64,000 bases of DNA from contig NMRA01000055.1 of NCBI GenBank assembly GCA_002633005.1, positions 703,856-767,855 on the forward strand, written 5' to 3'. The position numbers and the translations under genes were made by a program. Shown here in pieces: positions 12,476-43,915 of the stretch. How positions within the stretch are numbered: the first letter of the stretch is position 1; each line of letters opens with the position of its first letter. Below the pieces are notes generated by a model that was given only the letters and a program-made list of their open reading frames with translations, was not told where the DNA came from and searched no databases. Origin of the DNA: Phoronis australis (Eukaryota; Animalia; Phoronida).

Positions 12476-12636
12476 TCTATATACGTGTGAAATTATTCAA
12501 AACGATCTCAGATAATTTCAATTCTCCCAACTGAGCCCCACCGGATGTTTTCATCAGACTGAGTGGAAATTCCCCCGATGAGGAAGTGAAAAGTTTTCTC
12601 AATGAAATTTGCGCAGATTTTACGGAGTTTCCCAAT
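12476..12636 (-). promoter_or_regulatory. Putative GADD45 proximal promoter (TATA-like, two kB-like sites, ETS-IRF composite)
   Basis: TATATA ~12478-12483; GGGAATTTCC (rc, 12565-12574); GAGGAAGTGAAA 12580-12591; GGGAAACTCC (rc, 12624-12633). Motif matches only. Confidence 0.5.
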
Positions 12637-13468
12637 CACATTCAATTGCTTAAGTTTATACTAAGTACAACATTATATTTTGAAGATGCTTCGAGTTACT
12701 AAATATGAAGCGAAGTGATAAACTAAAAACTGGTACAGGGAAGCGGGGGTGGGGGGAGGGGGGGGGTGTGACTCAAGTGACAAGGCCATCCTTAAAATAT
12801 TTTCATTACTCCATTTGTCCAACCCTAACTCCCCTGAGATGGTTATGTCGAAAGGGGAAGTCTTTCATTTATAATTGTCGATGCACACACATTTGTGTTG
12901 CAAAAATATCAATTAGTTAGAATTAAAATAGAAAGTTTGCACTTGCGGATCTTTGAGTTTTGTGTTGATAATTCATGACAATAGCCCCCACCCCCTATAG
13001 CTGCTTAAAGTTTTATCATACATTTTTGATAGCACACATGTCTTACCGTCGGTTGCCGGAGGGGGTACTAGAATAAATGTATCCAGGCTTGCGTTTTTCG
13101 CTGGCACCGCATGACTCCAGCGATGTGAATGAGTAGGGCTTTTAATGGCAATTTAGTTTGAAAAAAAGGCACAATTCTTTTACAGACAATTGTTCGACCA
13201 GTTCCTCGGTTTGGCGTGTTGGGGTTTGTTTGAATTTTCTGAGAGGTTGTTAGAAAATTGTTGCGACATTATATCCATTTCAGCCAAACGTGGCTACATC
13301 TGTGCGCAGGTGGGTCAATAATAACCGTGATAAATTGACATCCCTATCTAAACTTCATTTTTTGCCAATCGTTCAAATAATGACGAAAAACAGTGATTGT
13401 ATTCTCAGCAATGTATTGGGTTGTTCATTGTGGGGAGATAGGCAAGAGTTTAAAAAATTGCTACTTTA

Positions 13469-13838
13469 GACCACTACACTGTGTACATATTTCAGACTTC
13501 TTTCAAAATTCCGTAACTGGGAAATACCTCTAAGGCAAATTCCGGCGTCCTCCTGTGGGTAGATTCTCAATCGATCGGTAACAAATTCCAAATAAGAGCC
13601 ATACTGTTGATACAATGGGTTAAGACAGGGGATTTTTTTACCTGCTTTTTGTCACATTTGCATAATTCACTTACTATTAAAGGTATTTTGAGCCTTCGTA
13701 GTCGATTTTCATAGACCAAAATAAAATTTAATTCCTTCCACCGAAAGTGTGACGCATTAGGTAACTCTCAAAAATGCCAGCTTTTCTGACAAAACTGTAT
13801 TTTCTCTCCTTTCCGTTTGGATAACTGCGCACAGTGGT
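13469..13838. mobile_element. Degenerate TIR element, possibly Tc1/mariner-derived
   Basis: gaccactacactgtgtaca ... tgcgcacagtggtc termini. Confidence 0.35.
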
Positions 13839-14067
13839 CGAGACGTCCGCCGATTTTCATCATTAAAGCGCGGAACATTTAACAATTTACCATTCGAGCA
13901 ATGACAACGAGAGCGATTTAGCCGCTCAGACACGCACTGTTCGATTTGGTCACAGCGTAACTCTCCCTGTGGTCTGAAGATTTGTTGATTTCGATTTTAT
14001 GAAAATCGACCTGAAATGTTTAAAATACCTTGCAAGAGAAGTATAATGTGTCAATTTTTTTAAACTC

Positions 14068-14584
14068 CATTACGGCGTTTTCCCGTTGCTCCCAACTCGT
14101 TCGATTCTATAGCCCAACAACAAGTTTACCCCTGTAGCCAATATTTTACACGGCTGATTAACTCCAGTCTGGCATTCATGGTTGGAGGGCAAACTCTCTT
14201 TTGTTCGATAATTGTTCTAATCTTCAACAAGATCGTATCTAGCCTGACTGGACTGTGCTGTTAAACATAAAAGTTAAGTTATAACATATCTGAACATAAA
14301 CCAAGAGCATTTCTGAAATCTTCGTCACATGGTGATCATGTTTAGTTCTTGAATTGCCAAAATCGCCCAACTGCAACCGAAGATAATCTATTCTTTCCGA
14401 ATGTACCAATTCACTCTGGGCTTGACGGTGTTCACACATGGTCTGTAATAAGCCTGGTAGATAACTGGCCTGCCTGTTGTCATAACAGACAAAAGACTGT
14501 GCTTGGGAGTTAACAAAGAAGGTTATCACACGCTCACAACCCCCTACGTCTGGTAAAGTCACTGAACGGGAAAACGCTGTCATG
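14068..14584 (+). mobile_element. ~515-bp TIR element (MITE-like), copy A
   Basis: Left cattacggcgttttcccgtt and right aacgggaaaacgctgtcatg are imperfect inverted repeats; diverged inverted copy at 18126-18657. Confidence 0.75.
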
Positions 14585-14681
14585 CATCTTTAGAAACGTG
14601 ATATTGTCCCCCATGTCAAACTGGTTACTCTTGAGACCTCTAATCAAATTCGAATCGTTCATCCGTGAACAATCTTTTACC

Positions 14682-14981
14682 CATGCGCGCATCCGGAGGG
14701 GGGCTCGGAAGTCTCGAATGAGCCCCCCATTTGGCGAAGTGGGTAAAAAGGTCCCCCTCAAAGAAACAAAAAGTCTGGAAAAAACAGACAAAAGTCCACT
14801 AAAAAGGCGCAACCATAGACATCTTAATTAATACTACTATGTGACGTCTATGGGCGCAACACACACTCCACGGCTTTAGACCTGGTACCCCGTTTTTTAG
14901 TCCTTTCACATTTTTGGTGGTGAAAGGTCCACATCGGCAGTTATTCGAGCCCCCCCATATTAAAGGCTGGGTGCGCGCATG
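14682..14981 (+). mobile_element. ~300-bp MITE-like element
   Basis: TIRs catgcgcgcatcc / gggtgcgcgcatg plus subterminal gggggctcg / cgagccccc. Confidence 0.65.
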
Positions 14982-15969
14982 TTGTGTGTGCATAACTATA
15001 CATTCCGCAATAAGCAAAACGGATATGTTATTGATAAACCGTTCTATTGTAGGACTGTTTATCCATTTTTTCAAGGTTGGTCGTTGGTGTTATCGCTTGT
15101 TGCCACCCGTTTATTTTTTCTCAATGGTGATTGTCGTGAGCCGTTTCAAGTCATTGTACATGTATGTCTTTAAAGAAAACCTTGTGTCTATATTTGCCAC
15201 GCACACGACGGTAATAACTTTACTGCCCACGACAACCGTGTCCGATCCAAAAATAGATTACCGGCGACCTCTGCGGTAAAAATGGGCAACGGTGTCGCAA
15301 TATTTAGCTGCACATGGACTAAAATTAGAAAAACGTGCACCAGAACATGTTTTCTATTGTTTCAGTTCGTGCCAAGTTCTCGCCCGCGCAAAGCGTAGTC
15401 TGTTGTACACACCGCGGGAATAAACGTCTTTGATTAACCTCCTCACCACATCGCCTACAAGTAATACTGTTAACGAGTGCTTTACAAGCTAGTGCTGGAA
15501 CAATAATCAAAACTGCATCAAATCAACAAGGCTTTGTTTGTATTGTAACTATCAAGCATGCAAAGTAAATGATGTCGAGGAAACAATATTGACTAATCAA
15601 ATCATATCTGTGCATTGGTTATACTGCTTTGCCAATTTACATGTCTATATTTTTCAGCTCGTCACCACTAGCCAATCTGTTTTGATTCTTTAGCCAATCA
15701 AATTTTTACATAGAAAGGTTGAACCAAGAAGTGTATAGTAAGCTTCCGGGCATGAAAGTACAGTTATAAACCCCCCTGAATTCATCACTCGAGTCTGTCG
15801 TGAAAATTACACCCCAGAGTATCGTTGCATAAATATTGCATAAAAATTACCCTGCTGTCACAGCTCGCGTTGCCAAAGTGTTCTTGACTATTGCTGATGT
15901 CATGCCAAAACCATGCCTGATGGGCTTACTTGTGGATAGCAATGCAAAGTTCACATTCTCTTTGCCTAC

Positions 15970-16500
15970 GCCTATTAGTATTATTATTAGCCTAATAGTA
16001 CTATTACCAATATTATTAATTTTGCTTTTACTAATTACTAATACTACCGGTATATATTATGGCCACCAATTCAAGCACCATTATTACTACTTTTGCTATT
16101 AACACTACCGTTTCTAATACCATTGCTATCACTATTAACAGTACTATGAGCCTACTAGTACTATGATTACGAATACCACCACCATTGCTTTTACTACTAA
16201 TAATAATATTACCATTAATGGTATTACGAGTTTACTAGTAATATTACTAATACAAACACTGTTGCTATTTACTATTACTGTCACTGTTAGACTATTTGCA
16301 CTATTACTAATACTATAACTAAGAAAATTGCTATTAGCTTATTATCTGGTATTGCTACCATTATTGTTACTGTTATTATAAGCCTACTAGTGATGTTAAT
16401 GTGACTATTGTTATTTATATGACTATTGTTATTAATATGACTATTGTTGTTAACATGACTATTGTTATTAATATATTGTTATTAATATGACTACTGTAAT
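15970..16500. repeat. AT-rich (TAC/TAT)n low-complexity tract ending in 18-bp repeats
   Basis: Degenerate actatt/tactaa runs; atgactattgttattaat x~5 at 16401-16497. Confidence 0.85.
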
Positions 16501-17158
16501 ACATGGCCGACCCCTGTTTTGCCGACTGATATGACTGAAATACTTCAAAATTAAGTAAAAAGGTTTTATTGTTTATGTCGAACACAGATATTTTGCAAAC
16601 GTGTTCATCCATCTGAAGCTCGTGGTGTGGATTGTGATAAAAACTGTTTACTACGGTTGTCTTGGAATCCAGCACTCGGTTCTGTATTATTGTGCAATAC
16701 GGTAGGCCTAGTACCCGCCGGCATTCTGAGAACTATTATCGTTTACTGGCGTGAACCCTCCACCATGATACACTAGTATGTAATTTTCTACTAATATTGC
16801 ACTTGAACTAAATATCCTCCTTGTATATGCGGTAATCAATAACACCCAGACCGCGATTGACCCTGCACCAAACGACTGCCTGTTGAAAATTTATTTAGGT
16901 TATCTCCCCTGGCGCGCTCGTTTTCAGTACTCAGTCTTGAGTTCTCTTACTTCTGTGAATACACCTTCGGGGATTATGGGTTCAATTAAAACAAAACATT
17001 TGGAATCAAAACACGTCTGTCGAGCGAGAAAAAGTGCACTGGATAGTAAGCACGAAGAAATGGTTGCACCCGGACAACGTGTACTAACAATGAGTAGAAA
17101 AGATAACTGTTTGCTGGCGACTAGAACAGACGCCAATAGCGGGGTCTGCATGGGCAAC

Positions 17159-17215
17159 ACACCATAGAGGGCTGCTATAGCCCCGGCCCTACTTTTTTCA
17201 GTGTTACACCGCCCG
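17159..17215 (+). repeat. Short dispersed repeat; second copy at ~21634-21693
   Basis: caccatagagggctg...gctatagccc...actt.tttcagtg in both copies. Confidence 0.65.
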
Positions 17216-17811
17216 TGGTCTGCGATAATTATAAGGACAGAAAAATGCCACGGTTTTTAGCGAAACAGTCATTCTGATAAGGGTGTTACGTCGTTAGTGG
17301 ACGAGTGAACGGCATTCCCGTGCCGACAGAGGGGGTCAGGACGCAGATTCGCGGTATCCCCCGCACGGCTGGCCGAGGGAGGTGTCAATGAGTTTTAGCA
17401 AATCAACCAACTTCACTGTCACAGAAGGAAAAAAGCTCGTTTCGTGGACGTTACTAAATCACAGGAGCATGAGTCAGTCGTTAAAATAAAGGAAAACATG
17501 TAGATGAGAAAGGAATGTCACTGTATAGATTGATATCGGTGTCGTGGACTTTCCCATGGGGCCCTGGCAGAACATTTTTGTTAGGAGTCCCAGTTCAAAA
17601 AATGCAGTATGTTTCATCTCCACTCACTTGAAAAAGCGGTCTTATTAATTTATTCATACTTCGAAAAAGTTCCAAATTTTTTTTCAGACCAAACAGAAGT
17701 CAACTGATCTTTACGGAGTGCAAAGCTGTTTCATTTCTCTTGTGACACCTCACTGAGAAGCCGGATAATGAGTGACTTGTCGCTCTCTTTTGTTTCCGTC
17801 GATGATCAAAT

Positions 17812-18006
17812 CAGTGGCTGATCTACGTTTGGTAAGGGGGGTTTAGGATTCGAGCGAATCCGAGGCACGTAGCGTCGAGCGGAAGGAAGGTCGGGAGGGG
17901 GTTTGCCTGATTTCGTTTTTATGCCGAAATTTTTTCAATTTTTATTTTTGATCCTGTCCCGAGAGGGGGGTTGAACCCCCTGAACCCCGCTGTAGATCCG
18001 CCTTTG
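17812..18006 (+). mobile_element. Short MITE-like element
   Basis: cagtggctgatctacg ... tgtagatccgcctttg imperfect TIRs with internal G/C runs. Confidence 0.5.
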
Positions 18007-18125
18007 TAAATAGTCTCATTTGATACAATTCACAGCTCTTGGAGGGGGCCCTTTGATGGCTACCCTTTTCTCTGTTTTTCTTATTCATAATTATCCTAGT
18101 CACGGAGTGGAGCCAAGTGATGGAA

Positions 18126-18657
18126 TCACTAAACGGGAAAACGCTGTCATGAACCAGACGTTGGGGGTGCTGAGCGTGTGATAACATCTAGCTTCTTTGT
18201 TAACTGCCAAGCACACTCTTTTGTCTGTTACGACAACAAGCAGGCCAATTATCTTCCAGGCTAATTGCAGACCACGTGTGAACACAGTAAAACTCAGAGG
18301 GAATTGATGTATTCGGAAAGAATAGGTTGTCGTAACTTCGGTTGCAGTTGGGCGATTTTGGCGATTCAAAAACTAACCATGATCACCATTTGACGAAGAT
18401 TTCAGAAATGCTATTAGTTTATGTTCAAAAATTTTAGAACTTAACTTGTATTTTTAACAGCACAACCCAGTCGGCGTAGATACGATCTTATTGGAGATTA
18501 GAGCAATTATCGAACAAAAGAAAGTTGGCCCTCCAACTGTAAATGCCAGAATGGAGTTAATCAGTGTGTAAGATATTGGCTACAGGAGTAAACTTCCCAA
18601 CTTGTTGTTGGGCTATAGAATCGATCAAGTTGAGAGCAACGGGAATACGCCATAACG
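18126..18657 (-). mobile_element. MITE-like element, copy B (inverted relative to A)
   Basis: 18153-18657 is a diverged reverse complement of ~14068-14554. Confidence 0.75.
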
Positions 18658-19433
18658 TACCCCTTTTTTCAAGTTTTGCGAAATCGTAACCCGTTTTATG
18701 CAAAGGAAGTTGACCCGATAAGGAAGGTGACAGAGAGATAAAGTCAACTATCACTCTTTTCTAGTTATTTTTAATCGTAATAGCCTTTAATGTAACAGTA
18801 TTTGGGCGGCAACTTGCAAGGGACCCGCCTCAGACAGGGCCCTCTTTTGGATGGGCGGTCCTGAGCACTTTTCAACTGAAATCAATTATTTACGATGGAA
18901 AGAAGAAAAAATAAAATTGGTCATGAAAACCGCGTGATACGATAATACAAACGCCGCAGCATCAAGTCATGCGTCTCAAAAAACAAAACGTGAGACTGTT
19001 TAGAAATTGTACAGAATCAAAAGAAGGGATTTGTAGATCACTATTTTGTGAATTTCACAAGAAAATATCGATTGTTTTATAACGATACCAGTATCAGTGG
19101 CCCTTTCTCAAAGACTTCTAACAGTAGCATTTTCTAAAATCAACGTTAGGAAAAGTATTTGCTCTTACGAAACTTGCTGTGTTGATCAGACCGACAGGAA
19201 TGATTTTTTTTAATGATCGTGTACAGCGTTCATATCTAACGAATTTTAATTAAAATGCGCTCAAAATGCATATACAGTCGGTACCACTGGAATCAGAATA
19301 AACATTAAAACGAAAAAATTATGAAATTTTCTTGGAGAAAGCCCCCGTCTCCCGTGCTGCCCCCCGTTCGCCGTCAGACACGTGTATGTGTACACAAGTA
19401 TCTGCGCACACTCCTATGGGAATTACCAAAAAA

Positions 19434-20139
19434 TTCCACAGAGTGATGTATTATTTCTAGAACAAACTCTGTCGTTTGTGTTCCTTATAATTAATTAAAT
19501 TCGTTTGCATAGGTCGCTTAGGATAGGCCATCGAATATTAGCGAAAGTACCACCGTACTAGACCTTGATGTGCCAGTCACTCAGTGCAGATTAAGTATAT
19601 GCACAGTATACAATGCACAAGACACGCTTTCGAAGACAATTTGATGTGAATTTCTGATCTCGTGTCTGTCTAGTTCAAGGCAAGTTTTCGTAACTGTCAA
19701 TGAGTAAAGCATTTTGAATCCTAGCTGAAACACCCTGAATGGCATCCACGTGGCACAGCGTGCTGTACTTGCAATAACATATTCCAGGTCGGATAAAAGC
19801 CAGAATGCATATTGACCAAACTTTAGTGCTTTTAAACCTGTTTTAAAAGTTATAACCGTTTTGTCGGTCTGCCACGAAAATGAAAGCACCTAGAAAATGA
19901 GGAAAAGTGGATTACTTACCGTCCTTCCCGGCGAGGGCAAACACTATTTTTAATTTGTACTGTTAAAAGAGTGGGCTTATAATCAATACTATATTTTAAG
20001 TTGAAACTTGTCATTTGATGTACAGAAAAACTTATCGCTTAAAATACCTTCTGATTTAATTATTTTCCACACTGATGCATCATTTCCAGAACAAGTTCTG
20101 TCATTTGTTTTCCTGTTAATTAATCAATTAAAACCGTTT
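19434..20139 (+). repeat. ~75-bp direct repeat pair (19434-19506, 20064-20139)
   Basis: ttccaca..tgatg.at.atttc.agaacaa..tctgtc.tttgt.ttcct shared. Confidence 0.65.
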
Positions 20140-20547
20140 ACTAGGAAAAGACTCATTTTCTTCGTGCCACGATTTCTCTCATTCATTGTTGCAAATTACA
20201 GATAATGCTGCACTCTTCTCCCAGACGCGATCATCAGTGATGAATATACCATGGGGCACTCCACTGTTTTCGGCAGGGGTGTTTTGTGAAGGGAACTTCA
20301 CGGAGGGTCAAAACGACATTCATGAAAACGTTGCCTTTTGAAGTGGTCTGCTCCCATTAGACACCCCTATTCGAGCCAAATTTAACCGCCACAACAGCTG
20401 AACAGGGTTGTTGACATTCAACGCATTCTCTTATTTGGAATGCAACTTTTTTAAGCCAGAAATTTGTAATTACCATATCTCCAGGACTGCATTATCAGGC
20501 CTTCCCGCTAGTACTACTTAGCATTGTTCAAACATGTAAAACGTTAG

Positions 20548-20620
20548 TGCTCTTGCCTGGGCTCGAACCAGGGACCTTCCGCGTGTAAAGCGGACGTGAT
20601 AACCACTACACTACAAGAGC
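20548..20620 (-). tRNA. tRNA-Val (anticodon TAC)
   Basis: GCTCTTG TAGTGTAGTGGTTATCACG TCCGC-TT-TAC-AC-GCGGA AGGTC CCTGG-TTCGAGC-CCAGG CAAGAGC A: 73 nt, fully paired acceptor, anticodon and T stems, A/B boxes present, TTTT terminator at 20538-20541. Confidence 0.93.
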
Positions 20621-21141
20621 TGACTGGTAAAGTTAGCGGTTAAACGTAATATTTGAATAAATTTAGCATGTTTTCTTTGTGGGTTTTCTAATAAGAAATA
20701 TCATTGGTTATTCATCACCAAAATAACAGTGGCGGATCTAAAGTTAAGCCAATGAAATTTGTCGTACTAACCACTGATGGCTCAAAAACTACTTTTGATG
20801 ACTAAGACAATCTATTACTACGCCCAAGCAAATTTCACCCGTTGGTCTAATTTTCATGAATAAAATTACACATTCCTTTCTTTAATCGTAACAATATGTT
20901 GTTTACCCGGAATGTGAAATTTCAATACTTGATGAAGTTTTTAAATAAAAACCAAGTTATGTGTCGGAAGAATATCCATGTTATTTAGGTGTTGCGCGGC
21001 CGTGATGAAGGGATTAGTCGGGTTGCCGACTTCCTGAACAATAATTAAGGAATCGAGTTAAACGTTTGGATTTTGCTACTTGAAAGTTTCTCATTCTCAT
21101 CTTAATGTTCTCGGTAACACTTCACAGCTAGTCTCATAGCC

Positions 21142-40680
<19,539 letters not shown>

Positions 40681-40703
<23 letters not shown>

Positions 40704-40814
40704 TGTCCACCAATGTCTATAGATGGCGTCAGTGGCAAGATAGTGTCCACTGTTGTCTATAGGTGGCGTCATTGGCAAGATAGTGTCGGTGATGTTGTGT
40801 AGGTGGCGTCTGTG
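40681..40814 (+). repeat. 40-bp degenerate tandem repeat x~3.3 spanning the Src stop codon
   Basis: AGATAGTGTC at 40698, 40738, 40778; AG(A/G)TGGCGTC at 40721, 40761, 40801. Confidence 0.92.
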
Positions 40815-42902
40815 TTGTGATTGTTTCATCGCTGGAGCACAGACGGCATGGTCGCTGTTCGTTTATCGTTACCATGACTTTGCGGAAAACTGGAGAATGG
40901 ATCGTGTGAGGGATATGCGGATATTCTTTTGGTACTGCAAAAAAGTGTATCGGCAATGCTAAGAATCTGTACACCGAGTTGCTGGTCCCAATCTTTGTAA
41001 TCTGTTTCGTCATCTGGCCACCAACACGCATTGTGTTACAGATTGTGTGTGCGTGTGTGTGCACACTTAAAGACACTTGTAACTGCATTTTTAAAAGGTG
41101 CAGGATAATTCGTGGTAAAGAATTATGAAATTTGTTTTTTTAAATGTGGCGGGTGAGCGTTGTAATTTTTAGATGATTGTGCTATCGACCAAGTTGAGTT
41201 GACTGTATGTATGCTTCTGCCCCGAGTTTGTCCGGCACAAACTTAATTGATTCCTGATTGAAGGTGTTGGTTTTTCTACCGTGAAATTATTTTTGTCTTT
41301 ATGTGTGTTACTTTTGGAAGAGTTCACTGCATCAAACACATGAGGTGACTGATGGCTTACAATAGTTATCAAAACAGTTCTTCTTTATGTCTAAAATCGG
41401 CGACATTTTGAATCAAAAATTTTGTATTTAACGAATTATTATTTTCGTCTGGTTCCTTTCTGGGATGTCGCCGTGGTTTCGACAAAGCCAGACGAATTTT
41501 GACAGTTTTTGAAAACTGTTGTACTGCAACTCGGTGTACAGAGTCCCTACATTTGTGACGTAGCGGTCCTTGGTTTTCTGTGCCCATTGCTGTGAAATAA
41601 TACCTAAATGGTCCAAAAGAGGTCAGAGTAACTTTTATCCCTACAGTTGGATGGTAACCTTAACCCACTTAGTTGGCGATTGACCCATTTTAATGTTACC
41701 AAATCTACAGTATTGTCGTTTTGTTTGTACTGAAGTATTTTAATCAGAACTCTCTCTTTGCCCGCTTTGGTTAATAATCCATTTGACAGTCTTAAAGCGG
41801 CTGGTTCTTATTACTGTGTAAATTCATATGTATCCTATCGTGTGAACTGCATGTTTGCTCATATTTCGGAAAGAAGAGTTGATAACACACAGACTGCGCT
41901 TCTCATTAACACTGCAATTATTGCTCAGTGTCGAGATTTCAATGAAGGAAATTTGATGTCCTGGCATTTGGTAAGAGAAGTCAATTCCACTCAATTCCAT
42001 ACAATAGAAGAAACTGGTCTGCATTCTTACAATTCTCATAATCTGAATGTCTGTGGCTTCAATGAACACTGCAAGATCTCTGATTGTTGGTATGCAGGAG
42101 TTAATTGACTTGTTCACAGATTTCGTGAGATATAGCTGCTTTGATTTGTCATTCATGTTCAGTGTTGGATTAAGTTTTATCAAGGACCCTGAGTTCTACA
42201 GATTCTGGGGCCCCAGTAAAGTGAGCTGCCTAAAGCTGTTCCAACTTGACATGGCCCTTGTCTATACAAGGGAAGTCTTACTTCACGCTTGGCCCCTGAT
42301 CTGTAGCCTATTTGCCTTAGTGAATCATTTGACTGTGTACATAGTAAACTCGGAATTTTCTGTTAATATTTAATTTTAACTAATTTTATTTTTCCTTACT
42401 GCACCATTGTCGGTAGTATTGCACTTGCGAGTTCAAATGATGTTTGATTTCTGGATCAAAAATAGCTATGGCTTTCACGTTTTGAAAGTTTTGTTAAAAG
42501 CTACTGCAAACCTACCTTCCGCCACAGAAGCCAACTTTTATTTAGAGTGCTTGCCATTGTGAAATTGGTCTTGAAATATTGCTTAGTGTAATTGAGACAC
42601 AATTTCATGGCTTTAATGGAACCGACAGTTAGTTATTCGTAGATACAATGCTCTACATGTTCACTGTTGCAGCAAGTCATCGAGCAATAATCAACTGTCC
42701 TTTGCAACCCCATAAAGTTCATCTAATATGAGTACCGTAAGGAACAAGTTGAGGCTTATTTGATTGCAGCAAGCGATTCAAGTCAAGTTTGCTTTTTGAC
42801 AGCTGGTAGAACTGCCAAATCCTTTGCACAGGTAGAGGGATAGTGTTGCATAATAATCTATTTCAGACTTGTAGATCCATGGGGCTGTAGTCGGATGTAA
42901 CA

Positions 42903-42972
42903 TGCTCACATTTTGAGAACCAGTTTTCTCCACTTCGTAACTGGTGTCAAACTGGTTCTCAAAATGTGGGCA
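42903..42972. mobile_element. 70-bp palindromic mini-element (also 49951-50012, 56343-56408, 60251-60317, half copy 24628-24653)
   Basis: Arms cacattttgagaaccagttt / aaactggttctcaaaatgtg around a conserved 22-nt spacer. Confidence 0.8.
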
Positions 42973-43604
42973 CATTGTATCCGACTATTCACGATCCATT
43001 CAGACAACTTTGATTTCTTTGAGTTAGTAGAAGTGTAACTTTCTCTGTAATTGAAAGCTTCATTTATGAAAATACCATGATGAAGAAACCAAAACAATAT
43101 TATATATGGGGGCGGGNATAAAGAGGCAAATTCTTTAGCAAGATTGTTTCCCGTTTCCAACCGTGTAATTTCAATCGCAACTAAACTGAAGTTTTTTCAG
43201 AAAAAGTTCTGTCGGTGACCTGTTCATGTGCATGACTGAGTAAAATTTGGATATATTGCAGAGTTGGCATATTTTACAATTTGCCATTATTCAAGAAATC
43301 CTAGCATTCGTACGAACCCTGTATTGGGGAAAAAGCAATGACTTCACTTTGGTCTGTGTAGGTACAACAGTAGAATCCATTTCTTTTTAAACTCTGTTTA
43401 GTCCCGCTATGGATACTGTAAAATATGTAAACATTGTCTAAGAAAGTAGTGCGTAGCCTGTATTGAAAATGTCTGGTCACACGGTTTGTTCATTGAGTTC
43501 AACTTAGCGTACACGAGTGTGCCTTGACTGTAGTCATTAGCTTTATCCTACCATGTCGAAAATTTAAAAACGTCACTTTAAATAAAGGTCTCTGTCTGGT
43601 TATG

Positions 43605-43915
43605 CTCTGCTCAACCCACACTTAGTTTTCTGTAGTGTCTAAATTAATTTTTAAAAAGTTGATATTGACCCAAAGTTTCATGATGTTATGTTTTCCATAC
43701 GCATGGTCTGCTTATCCCTTACTCATCATTTCTGTAGTTTCTAAATTTATTTTAAAAATTTAGCAGAAATTGACCCAAACAGTTACGCATCATGTTTTCC
43801 ATGCATGTGATCTGCTTAATCCATTATACTCATCGTTTTTGTAGTTTCTAAATTAATTGTAGTAAAAAAGCGAAAATTGACCCATACTGTTACATCACGT
43901 TGTGTTTTCCATGCA
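43605..43915 (+). repeat. ~103-bp degenerate tandem repeat x3
   Basis: tctgct...tgtagt.tctaaatt.att...attgaccca...tgttttccat recurs three times. Confidence 0.8.

Noticed and set aside
15836-16675. Hydrophobic ORFs resembling membrane peptides
   Set aside because: They are translations of (TAT/TAC)n low-complexity sequence.
14239-18369. ORFs within the inverted elements as a transposase
   Set aside because: Short, frames not conserved between the copies, and no DDE motif.
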